Virus record (IMG/VR): IMGVR_UViG_3300027365_000007
DNA length: 64,000 nt
From: a virus
Lineage: Duplodnaviria; Caudoviricetes
Reading direction: 5' to 3' (one strand)
The notes beneath the pieces are model-generated. The model was not told where the DNA came from and ran no database searches. It saw only the letters and a list, made by a program, of their open reading frames with translations. Shown piece by piece: positions 27,122 to 36,016 of this stretch (positions are counted from its first letter, which is position 1; every line of letters starts with the position of its first letter). The translations under genes were made by a program, and so were the position numbers.

Positions 27122-29314
27122 ATGGCGACTAAAAACTTTGGTATTTCTGCGGTAGGTGGTGACCTACAATACGGTAAAAAAGGTGGTCGAATCGTATTCG
27201 ATTCTACGAACGATCTGTTCAAGATCACTGGTTCTGACGGTGCTACCGTTTCCCGTGTTAAGGTTGCTGATGCTGTAGATACTGACGACGCAACTAGTCT
27301 CTCACAAGTACAATCACTAATTTCTACTTCTGAGGGTACACTACAAACTGAAATCGACGCAATTGAAACCGGCGCTGGTCTAGGTACTGATGGTTCTTAT
27401 ACCACTGAGGAAACCAGTAACTATCTAAAAGCTGCTGACTTCACCAATGCTACACTAGGCGAGTCCCTGTTCAATGCTGATCTATTGCTTGATGCACAGA
27501 TTAAGCAAGTGGCTGACGATCTAGCTGCTCTAGGTTCTGGTGATATCAATGCTATCCAGACTGAGCTAGACAATACACAAGCTGGTGCTGGTCTAGCTAC
27601 TGACGGTACATATACCGCTCTTACCGGATCTAACTATCTAGCAGGTGCAACCAGTATCCATAATGCTACTAGCCTACTTGATACTCAGGTAAAAGCTAAC
27701 GCTGACGCTATTGCTACTGCTGATACTGAAATCGGTGATCTAGCAACATTAACAACTACTGAACAGGGTTCACTAGTAGGTGCAATCAACGAGCTTGATG
27801 CTGACCTAGCTGGTCTAGGTACTATGGCTTCTCAGGACGCTGATTCTGTTGCGGTTACTGGTGGTACTATCGACGGTGTTACGATTGGTGGAACAACTGC
27901 TGCTGATGGTACGTTCTCTAACGTAGTTATCAATGGTGACCTTACCGTATCTGGTACTACTACTACTCTAGACGTTAACAACCTAGCGGTAGAAGACAAC
28001 ACCATTATCCTAAACAACGGTGAAGCTGGTCCGGGTGTAACTTCTGGTACTTCAGGTATTGAAGTTGATCGTGGTACTAGCACTGGTAATGCTCGTTGGG
28101 TTTGGGACGAGTCCACTGATAGCTGGGTAGCCGAAGTATACAACACTGGTACTACTAGCTGGGAAACTGCTTCCATTACCGCAAACATTGCTGGTTCTAG
28201 CATAGACTATGGTTTCGCAACTAGCTCTCTAATCCGTGGTGACGGTGTTGAGTTCACTGTTGGCGCTGACAACCAAGTATTAACTGTATCCGGTGGTGAC
28301 ATTAGCTATGGCTATGTAACCGACCTACGTAGTGCTGCTGGCGATTCTGTCATTAGCCAAGGTACTATCAACGGTACTGGCGGTGAATATCTAGAGTTTG
28401 CAAACGAAGACAACGGAGTATATCTAACTGCACGTAACAGTGCTGGTACTGGTGATGTTGATCTTTACCTAGCAGGCCAAGGCAACGGCGACGTTATCAT
28501 CTCTCAAAACGCTTCACAGCAAGGTCTTATCATTGCTGAAGATGATACTACTCTAACCGTTTCTGGTGGTGACTCTGCTACTGCTGACGCAGGTGACGCG
28601 GTGATTAAAGGTGGTGACGGTACTTCCACATTCGCTTCTGGTGATGTTGTACTACAAGGTGGTACTGGTGGTTCTGCTGAAGGTATCACTATCGTTAAAG
28701 ATTCTGCTGGTAACGAAGTTACTACTTTCTCTGGTCTGGCTTCTGCAACAGACTATGTAGATATCGAAAACGGTATTGGTGAAGCAACTATCTCTGCTAC
28801 TGGTGATAGCACTGATGTAGATCTAGTACTTGCTCCATCTGGCGCAGGCGTTGTACTAGTACCTGCTGGTTACGACATTTCTACTGCCGCTGATGAAGCT
28901 GTAGCAAACAAGGGTTATGTTGACTCTCAGATCTCTGAAGTAGCCAACAACGTTGATCCTCTGATCATGCGTTCTACTATTGCTGCTGACAGTACTAATA
29001 GCACGTTCAACATTGGTACTATGAGCAATGTTGCTGGTAAGACTTACTATGTAAGCCGTATCACTCTACATGTAACTACTGACTTCTCTGGTGGATCTAT
29101 CGATCACATGGTTGTATCTGACGGTACTACCGACCTTGCTGAAGAGGCAGATAGTGACATCCTAGCTGGTACTTACGTAGTTGATCTACCGTTCGCAGTT
29201 GCTACTGCTGGTGGTGCATCTGTTGATGTTAACTTCCTACAGACTGATGGCACAACTGCTGCTGTCCCAACTGCTGGTAACATGATCGCGGTAGTTGAGT
29301 ACAAAGTACTTTAA
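27122..29314 (+). CDS. Highly expressed virion structural/fibre protein
   Basis: Gly/Thr/Asp/Ala-rich; coiled-coil N-terminal half; VEDNTIILN...SGIEVDRG...RWVWDE module; extreme codon bias; tandem late promoters. Confidence 0.8.
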   Translation: MATKNFGISAVGGDLQYGKKGGRIVFDSTNDLFKITGSDGATVSRVKVADAVDTDDATSLSQVQSLISTSEGTLQTEIDAIETGAGLGTDGSYTTEETSNYLKAADFTNATLGESLFNADLLLDAQIKQVADDLAALGSGDINAIQTELDNTQAGAGLATDGTYTALTGSNYLAGATSIHNATSLLDTQVKANADAIATADTEIGDLATLTTTEQGSLVGAINELDADLAGLGTMASQDADSVAVTGGTIDGVTIGGTTAADGTFSNVVINGDLTVSGTTTTLDVNNLAVEDNTIILNNGEAGPGVTSGTSGIEVDRGTSTGNARWVWDESTDSWVAEVYNTGTTSWETASITANIAGSSIDYGFATSSLIRGDGVEFTVGADNQVLTVSGGDISYGYVTDLRSAAGDSVISQGTINGTGGEYLEFANEDNGVYLTARNSAGTGDVDLYLAGQGNGDVIISQNASQQGLIIAEDDTTLTVSGGDSATADAGDAVIKGGDGTSTFASGDVVLQGGTGGSAEGITIVKDSAGNEVTTFSGLASATDYVDIENGIGEATISATGDSTDVDLVLAPSGAGVVLVPAGYDISTAADEAVANKGYVDSQISEVANNVDPLIMRSTIAADSTNSTFNIGTMSNVAGKTYYVSRITLHVTTDFSGGSIDHMVVSDGTTDLAEEADSDILAGTYVVDLPFAVATAGGASVDVNFLQTDGTTAAVPTAGNMIAVVEYKVL

Positions 29315-29340
29315 GATTACTAAGTAATCAAGTCTAAAAA

Positions 29341-29363
29341 GGAACCTTCGGGTTCCTTTTTTT
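29341..29363 (+). terminator. Intrinsic terminator with cUUCGg tetraloop
   Basis: GGAACC-TTCG-GGTTCC followed by a T tract. Confidence 0.9.
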
Positions 29364-29423
29364 ATTGCTTTGGTATAGTCAATATGCTACCATATGTACA
29401 TTGAGGTAACCAAAGGAATAAAA

Positions 29424-30041
29424 ATGTCAAATGAGATGTTGAGTACCGATCTCGCAACTTTGAATACAATAAGTGAGGTTATTACCAATAAATTAAAACT
29501 ACATAAAGAAGATGGTACATGGTATCATAAACCAATATGGTTCATGGGTATGTGTTTTATCATTGATGTAGCGTATTTCCATCGTTACAACGAATCACTT
29601 TTCTATTTCACTTTTATGATTTCTGAAGATATACCTGTGCCATATATAAAGCTGGTTTCGGATTTTCACACAACCAAAACTGGTTGTTACAATATGAATG
29701 AGGCTATGATTTTTTCATTACCATCAGATGATTCAGATACCCAAAGTGGAAAAGTTTCATACAATCATTTAAACGACACAACCATAGAATACGATTTCAT
29801 TTGTGAGTTTGTTGATAATTTTTTCTCTTCATGTTTTCACGAAGGTACATTCACTACTGCGCTAACCAATACATTCCGAGAGATGGAGATTTATGAGATT
29901 GCATCTAGACATTCATATCCAGATATTGGTATTATCAATATGAAAGATTATCAAAATATCATTACTAAATATTACAAACAAGCAACAACTCATAAATCTA
30001 AAAAATCAGACGGCAACGTAATTTTCTTATCGAAGGACTAA
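29424..30041 (+). CDS. Hypothetical protein (start re-called at 29424)
   Basis: AAGGA SD upstream of ATG 29424. Confidence 0.6.
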   Translation: MSNEMLSTDLATLNTISEVITNKLKLHKEDGTWYHKPIWFMGMCFIIDVAYFHRYNESLFYFTFMISEDIPVPYIKLVSDFHTTKTGCYNMNEAMIFSLPSDDSDTQSGKVSYNHLNDTTIEYDFICEFVDNFFSSCFHEGTFTTALTNTFREMEIYEIASRHSYPDIGIINMKDYQNIITKYYKQATTHKSKKSDGNVIFLSKD

Positions 30042-30043
30042 TT

Positions 30044-30703
30044 ATGGAGTATGAAAACGATAGCATTGACTTTATGCGCTGGTTCGACCACTATTCCAGT
30101 AACTGTACTTTTCTTGGTTCCGAATGTATTGAAGATTTCAGGAAAAGGGTAACTTCTAGTGTATTCGAAACACCCTATGGAACTATCAAATTATCAAAAA
30201 CTGCAAAGGTTATCATAAAGGATAATTGTCAGTGTGTAGAGTGTAATAAACCAGCTACCTTCGTGACATATCAAAAGTCGAATGAAAACGGACAAGTATA
30301 TATCACCTTTTGGATCAGAAAAAAGAATATGTACACACCCCTCACTAAGGACCATATTGTCGCTAAAACGCATGGTGGGAGTGACGCATACGAAAACTTA
30401 CAATCACTATGTTACATATGTAATCAGGATAAAGGAGATTGTCTAATGCCTCAAACAACACTGTCTGTTTCTAAAAACGGGCCTTCTAATCGAAAGGTTA
30501 TTACAAAAGAAGATTACGACCTATATCAAAAGAAGGTAAAAGATTTTAAATTTCTGCGCAAGCGTGTTAAGCGCTTTCGGAATTTAATGCCATGGTATAT
30601 GCGCTTGATGGGTGTTGACAAGTTTTTAGAAAGGCATGTTATCTCTCATATGAAACAGAAAGGTTATTTTATCGAAGACGACGAAAAGAAAGGTGGGTCA
30701 TAA
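30044..30703 (+). CDS. HNH endonuclease
   Basis: CVEC...TKDHIVAKTHGG...ENLQSLCYICNQDKG. Confidence 0.85.
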   Translation: MEYENDSIDFMRWFDHYSSNCTFLGSECIEDFRKRVTSSVFETPYGTIKLSKTAKVIIKDNCQCVECNKPATFVTYQKSNENGQVYITFWIRKKNMYTPLTKDHIVAKTHGGSDAYENLQSLCYICNQDKGDCLMPQTTLSVSKNGPSNRKVITKEDYDLYQKKVKDFKFLRKRVKRFRNLMPWYMRLMGVDKFLERHVISHMKQKGYFIEDDEKKGGS

Positions 30704-30715
30704 ACCCACCTTTTT
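30689..30715. terminator. Bidirectional terminator between the HNH gene and gp46
   Basis: AAAGGTGGGT-CATAA-ACCCACCTTT, flanked by A and T tracts. Confidence 0.7.
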
Positions 30716-33500
30716 AAGTATCGATATGCTCGTATGTAGTAAAGCCATTCTCTTTTTTAACGAGTATCGTTTTATCTACATGCTCAACAAGTTCTTCTTT
30801 ATGCGTGACCAAATATACCGCTTTATTAAAGTCACGTGCTTTGCTCTTTAGTATTTCTACAGCATCTTTAGCACCAACACTATCCATACCGAAGTCTAGA
30901 ATTTCATCAACGAATAAACAGTTGATTGGATTCACAAGGTTTTCATACAAATCTCTAAATGCTATATTAAGTGCAAATGTAACACGATTCTGTTCACCGC
31001 GAGACAAATTATTGAAATTGACTTCACGTCCTTTATCAGTAATACTGAATGTAAGGTTTGGATCAAACACTACCTGATGAGGTAGTGACAAACTATCAAT
31101 ATACTCTTGGAATACTTTATTAAGAAACGGTAAACTATAGTCAATGATTCTCTTACGAACAAAGGAATCTCTATTTGTCAAAAGCTTCTGAAGAAACTTT
31201 TCATGTGAAAGCTTTTTCTCTAAAGACTTCAAATTACTATAGTCAATCTCTTGGATACCCAAGTCGCCAGTCTCAAGCTCTTCAATTTGCTTACTGTACG
31301 GATTCTCTTCAACCTGTTTATCTTCAACTTTGGATATTAGCGTTTCCATTGTATTCTTGTGATTATACGCATCATCAACTGATCTATAAAACGTATCCTG
31401 AATCTCATCACCTATTGTAATAGAATCAATCACCGTTTGATATTCCTTTATCTTGGCTTCGTATTCATCTACCTCGTCAAGCTTTGAATTAATATCTTCA
31501 GTAAGCAAGGTTTTGTGCTTTTCATGACTTTCTTCATCATTAAGAGACTGTTTACACGTTGGACAAATACTTTCATCAAAGCTATTCATTTGCTTACTAA
31601 GGTCATTAAGCTCTCTAACCAAACGGGACTTATTATTTTCGAAGTTTTTAAGCTCAGTTTTTACAAGTTTCACCTTACTTTCAACTTCACGTATCTCAGC
31701 ATTTTTTGTGTGCTTCTCAATTTCCCCATCAATATCCAGATCACCCATTCCCTTCAACGTATCCATAAGTTCAGCAATAGTTCTATTCTTATTACGCTCC
31801 CATGTATCAGACTTTTCCTTAAGATTTTCAATATTACGTAAAATTCGATCATTGCTCTGTTGCAATGTTTCAATACGAATCTCTTCCTTATCAATATCAA
31901 TTTTTGTCTGCTTGATCCTATCAGCCAATACTTGAGCTTTCTTTGACAAAGCGTCAATGCCTAAAATTTGTTCAATAACTTCCCGTTGAACTGCCGCACT
32001 TGAACTCATAAAATGTGTCGAATAGGTATTCATCGCTACAATGAATTTAAATAATAAATAGTTCATCTGTATAAGATTGTTTATTTCACGCTGAGTGTCT
32101 TTATTTTCGCCATGCGCTCTATTCTTATCCTCATCGTCACTAAAATCATCACTAACAATAGACTCATCGTCTTCAGAAAGTTTAATGAGTCTAAGTTTAT
32201 TAGGCTTCCTACCCCGTTCTATGCGGTAATCGACTCCATTTGCCTCAAAATCCAACGACACCATCATATGCTTACCGTTTACGTTATTCACCAAATCGTC
32301 TTTCTTTGAGGTGGTGATAGTATCCCCATATAACGCATAACTCAGTCCATTTATCACAGTGGTATTGTGTGTAGGTATATAATCGTCAGTAATATACAAT
32401 GCATCGTCATCAGCAATTTTAATACATGCAACGTCTTGTTTTTCTACCGTCTTGATCGACTTTATCACCGAACATAGGTTCTTCTGCATTGGGAAATCTT
32501 TTTTGAATTCAAGACTAAACAGCTTGTTTGCATCTGGGTATTTGCTACGCAAAATAATGTCTTTCTCAGTATCAGCAACACCATTGGTCTTATCACGAAT
32601 AGTATAGGCAATGAATTTCAAATTAGAAACACCCGATAGACTCCACGCTATGCGTTGTAGATCCTTCGCTAGACGCTTCTCATCGTCACCAAAGAAGCTC
32701 ACTACGTATTCCTCATCTTGCTCACCACGCGCATCGTTGAATCCCATCATAAGGTCACGGCGTTGGTAGTAGGATGAATCCATATAATTAACTGGAATGT
32801 AGCGCTCTTCGTCTAGACACATGTCTGTAACAAATTTAATTAAAGGACAAAGGTTGTCCACGCGGTATTTCATATATAAGTCACCACCTACATAATTATA
32901 GTCATAAAGACTTTCGGGCATATAAACCTTCAGTTTATGAAACACCTCATATGACACATCTTTAAACAAAACACCACCATTTTCAATACTACCACACGCC
33001 AAATATAGACCTAATGCATAAGGGCAAGTAGGGAGTACAGATTCCTTATCACCAATTTGATCAACCACTGGTAATTTTACATGAACGCCAGATTTCATAG
33101 CATCGTATATTTCTCTAGTATCCACTGTTTTATAATCGTCTCCCATGTAGACGTTCCACAGATGTTCCTTGCAACAATGCGTAGTCTTTCCATCATGGGT
33201 TTTTATTTCATAAACAGTGCGTTTACCTTGAGGATATTTCCCCATAACAACACTGGTAGTCCCTTTAGGCGTTAAAACAAAGTCTCCAATATCAATATCC
33301 TTCATGGTTTTCCAACCATAAGGGGTGCGAATCTTTGAATACATGGGTTGTGCTTTTCCAACACCATTTCGTATACCTTCACCATAGTCTGGGTTACTGC
33401 CCAGAATAAGTGTTACAAATCCTTCGTCTATATTAACACTTTGTGTTACTTGTCCCACTGAAAAAAAGTTTCTCAGAGTAAGGTTTTTAAATTTAATCAT
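30714..33500 (-). CDS. Recombination ATPase gp46 (SbcC/Rad50-like) precursor with an intein
   Basis: NGVGK|TT Walker A, CPTC zinc hook, coiled coils, LSRGE signature and FVDEILD motifs. Confidence 0.93.
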   Translation of the reverse strand: MIKFKNLTLRNFFSVGQVTQSVNIDEGFVTLILGSNPDYGEGIRNGVGKAQPMYSKIRTPYGWKTMKDIDIGDFVLTPKGTTSVVMGKYPQGKRTVYEIKTHDGKTTHCCKEHLWNVYMGDDYKTVDTREIYDAMKSGVHVKLPVVDQIGDKESVLPTCPYALGLYLACGSIENGGVLFKDVSYEVFHKLKVYMPESLYDYNYVGGDLYMKYRVDNLCPLIKFVTDMCLDEERYIPVNYMDSSYYQRRDLMMGFNDARGEQDEEYVVSFFGDDEKRLAKDLQRIAWSLSGVSNLKFIAYTIRDKTNGVADTEKDIILRSKYPDANKLFSLEFKKDFPMQKNLCSVIKSIKTVEKQDVACIKIADDDALYITDDYIPTHNTTVINGLSYALYGDTITTSKKDDLVNNVNGKHMMVSLDFEANGVDYRIERGRKPNKLRLIKLSEDDESIVSDDFSDDEDKNRAHGENKDTQREINNLIQMNYLLFKFIVAMNTYSTHFMSSSAAVQREVIEQILGIDALSKKAQVLADRIKQTKIDIDKEEIRIETLQQSNDRILRNIENLKEKSDTWERNKNRTIAELMDTLKGMGDLDIDGEIEKHTKNAEIREVESKVKLVKTELKNFENNKSRLVRELNDLSKQMNSFDESICPTCKQSLNDEESHEKHKTLLTEDINSKLDEVDEYEAKIKEYQTVIDSITIGDEIQDTFYRSVDDAYNHKNTMETLISKVEDKQVEENPYSKQIEELETGDLGIQEIDYSNLKSLEKKLSHEKFLQKLLTNRDSFVRKRIIDYSLPFLNKVFQEYIDSLSLPHQVVFDPNLTFSITDKGREVNFNNLSRGEQNRVTFALNIAFRDLYENLVNPINCLFVDEILDFGMDSVGAKDAVEILKSKARDFNKAVYLVTHKEELVEHVDKTILVKKENGFTTYEHIDT
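32364..33353 (-). mobile_element. Class 3 (Ala1, WCT) intein with LAGLIDADG-like domain (330 aa)
   Basis: GK|AQPMYSKI...CCKEHLW...DVACIKI...YIPTHN|T; internal ALGLYLACG and LMMGFNDARG degenerate endonuclease motifs. Confidence 0.9.
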
Positions 33501-33515
33501 TTACTACACTACCTC

Positions 33516-34547
33516 TTATAATTCGTTATATATTTCAATAAGGTACGCTGGATCATACTCGCCTGAGTCCATAGAATTGATTTGATCAACAACAATAGTA
33601 TCCACACTATCACATGTTGCTGCTTCCTCAACTTCTAATCCTTCATTATCACCGCTGTCTACTCTAGGTAGGAGCTTTATTGATCGAATGTCATATTTAT
33701 CCAACAACATGTCTCTAAACGAAGATACTTCAGAATACGTCACATCTGATTCATTGTAGTCAACTTTCATGTGTAACTTTGAAACATTGTCGAAAAACTT
33801 GTCAGGGTTGTCGCAAACCATACTATACTCATAACGGCGATACTTAGGTGCATCCGGCCAGTGATAGTATTCGGGCTCCCGATCCCATTCTAATATCATA
33901 ACGCCTCTCTCGTCGTCCCAGACATCATTAAAATCATGGGGGAAGGCATTACCTATGTAGGTTACGTTTCCTTGTGTCTGTCGTTTATGGAAGTGTCCTG
34001 TGAATACTTTACCGGCATTATTGAAGTCATCGTCCTTGAGTTCACCAGTATCTGGCATTTTAACCATAGAGTTTAAATAAAAATTAGGCAGCTCAAAATG
34101 ACCAAAGACATACTTATACTTCGTATTTCGTATTTCTTTCCATTCGTCGCCAACCAACCACGGATAAAACGCCACGTCACCTTTGATCATTTTATGATCT
34201 ACATAGATGATATTTTCCAAGTCCCTTGCGTATACTAGAGATGAAATATCACGATTATCACGGAAATATAGATCATGGTTACCTACAATAAAGTATGTTT
34301 CCTCAAAATGATCGTTTAATAACTTCATACCTTCATATGAATAGTTCAGAGTTTCTACATTAACGGTTTGTCGGTTATGATGCCAGTCACCGAGAAAGAT
34401 ACAGGTCTTTATGTCACGTTCTTGTGCCTGTTTAATCATCCATTTAATAAATTCTACACAATCTTCATTATGCTCTTGTGAATTAGATTTATTACCAAAA
34501 TGTATATCACCAAAACAAATCGCTTTGTCAAATAATTTTTCAGTCAT
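33516..34547 (-). CDS. Recombination nuclease gp47 (SbcD/Mre11-like)
   Basis: GDIHFG, LGDWHH, VGNHD, GHFEL and GHFH phosphoesterase motifs. Confidence 0.93.
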   Translation of the reverse strand: MTEKLFDKAICFGDIHFGNKSNSQEHNEDCVEFIKWMIKQAQERDIKTCIFLGDWHHNRQTVNVETLNYSYEGMKLLNDHFEETYFIVGNHDLYFRDNRDISSLVYARDLENIIYVDHKMIKGDVAFYPWLVGDEWKEIRNTKYKYVFGHFELPNFYLNSMVKMPDTGELKDDDFNNAGKVFTGHFHKRQTQGNVTYIGNAFPHDFNDVWDDERGVMILEWDREPEYYHWPDAPKYRRYEYSMVCDNPDKFFDNVSKLHMKVDYNESDVTYSEVSSFRDMLLDKYDIRSIKLLPRVDSGDNEGLEVEEAATCDSVDTIVVDQINSMDSGEYDPAYLIEIYNEL

Positions 34548-34628
34548 TTGTTATTATGTACCTGTTGTAAATTCGAGACTTACATCCCAAATTTATTACT
34601 TCGTAATTATTATTATTTTAAAATTTTA

Positions 34629-35393
34629 TTATTTTATAAGTTTTGAGTAATTCACTATTGTCGAAAGCTTATCCATCTTCTCATCCAAGCCAAATGGCAG
34701 CTCCGAGTAATCACTTACATATTTCTGTATATATCCAAGTGATGAAGACAAAAATTCCTTGAATAGAGAGACCCTACACATGTTCTTTAGTGTAGTTTCA
34801 TGTATCATGAGAACATCAGATAACTTCTTCTCAAAACTATTACTACTAATAGAAATGGATTCATGAAGATAATATGCAAATATTCTCGCCGATTGTTTAT
34901 TAAGTATGTTACGCCCCAGTGGTTCAGACATAGCCGTTAAAAACTGATACGGCCACTTATTACTTCCTCTACAACCATCCACCAATGTATCTTCATCAAT
35001 ATTTATAACTTCATGTGGAATCATGTTATAAGTACAATACTTATCAAATAACGTTCTAACATGAGTATTATCTTTAACGAACCGCTCGACATAACATTCA
35101 TCTTTCAATATATCCATAATATCTTTTGCTTTGGGATCACAAATAAAAAACAATGTGTTAAGAAACTCAGTAGATTGTAAGCAGGATTCATTGCAACCAA
35201 AAAGAATATATTGAAATACTTTTCTATCAGAAAAAAACTTCATCGTCGTTGTTGCTAGTTCCAATAACTCATGTGTACCAAACTCAGGAATCGAATCTAA
35301 TGATTCTTTCAATGTACTAATAAACTCTTTACGACTCTCAATATCTGATTGCGCAAATTGTTTTACGTCAATGTAACGTATGTCTAATCCCAT
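34629..35393 (-). CDS. Hypothetical protein
   Basis: ORF track. Confidence 0.65.
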   Translation of the reverse strand: MGLDIRYIDVKQFAQSDIESRKEFISTLKESLDSIPEFGTHELLELATTTMKFFSDRKVFQYILFGCNESCLQSTEFLNTLFFICDPKAKDIMDILKDECYVERFVKDNTHVRTLFDKYCTYNMIPHEVINIDEDTLVDGCRGSNKWPYQFLTAMSEPLGRNILNKQSARIFAYYLHESISISSNSFEKKLSDVLMIHETTLKNMCRVSLFKEFLSSSLGYIQKYVSDYSELPFGLDEKMDKLSTIVNYSKLIK

Positions 35394-35399
35394 AATTTT

Positions 35400-35428
35400 T
35401 ATACCTCTAGGTGAATTCTAGAGGTATA
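35400..35428 (-). promoter_or_regulatory. 11-bp hairpin covering the SD of the 35393 gene
   Basis: TATACCTCTAG-N7-CTAGAGGTATA; the 3' arm contains GAGG 10 nt before the ATG. Confidence 0.5.
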
Positions 35429-35438
35429 TTGCTTTTTG

Positions 35439-35882
35439 TCAAGCTTTTGATGTGGAATTCATTACATCTAATACAACGATATTACATGTGTTTAAACTAT
35501 GACAGATATTATCACATATTACTAAATCCTCAATGATAACACCTATATTAACTTCACCGTTATCTCTAAACTGAATAGATGTTATTTCCAATTCCATCTT
35601 ATCGCCCAAGATATATTCGAGTGTGTAATAAATCCCATATGCTTTTTCAGTTCTTGTAATTTTGAATCTATCAAATATATCCCATACTTTTCTAGGAGCT
35701 TTATCACAGCCAATACGTTGTTTCTTTTCTTCTTTATCTGGGTAATTATCCCACCATTTCACTACTTCACGCACAACCGTATTTGTTTCTTCATCAATGT
35801 TCTTTTCGACCATTTCATTCCAGCTTTTAAAAACTTCGTCGTAATGTTTCAATTCATTGGGAACATTGTATATAAACTCCAT
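35439..35882 (-). CDS. Hypothetical protein
   Basis: ORF track. Confidence 0.65.
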   Translation of the reverse strand: MEFIYNVPNELKHYDEVFKSWNEMVEKNIDEETNTVVREVVKWWDNYPDKEEKKQRIGCDKAPRKVWDIFDRFKITRTEKAYGIYYTLEYILGDKMELEITSIQFRDNGEVNIGVIIEDLVICDNICHSLNTCNIVVLDVMNSTSKA

Positions 35883-35899
35883 AAGTCTTCCTTTTAAGC

Positions 35900-35932
35900 A
35901 AAAAAGGCCATGGAATATTGTTCCGATGGCCT
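35900..35932 (-). terminator. Terminator downstream of the tail-fibre genes
   Basis: AGGCCAT/ATGGCCT stem with an inner GGAA/TTCC pair, followed by TTTTT on the minus strand. Confidence 0.65.
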
Positions 35933-36016
35933 GTAATAAAATTTAGAGATTTTCGTTTTCATTCATAGTGAATATCATACCTCACAATTATTTATATCAC
36001 AACATACATGATTATC

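Noticed and set aside
30044-30703. HNH gene as the homing partner of the gp46 intein
   Set aside because: It lies convergent at the far end of gp46, about 1.7 kb from the intein site, and the intein carries its own LAGLIDADG-like domain; nothing links them.
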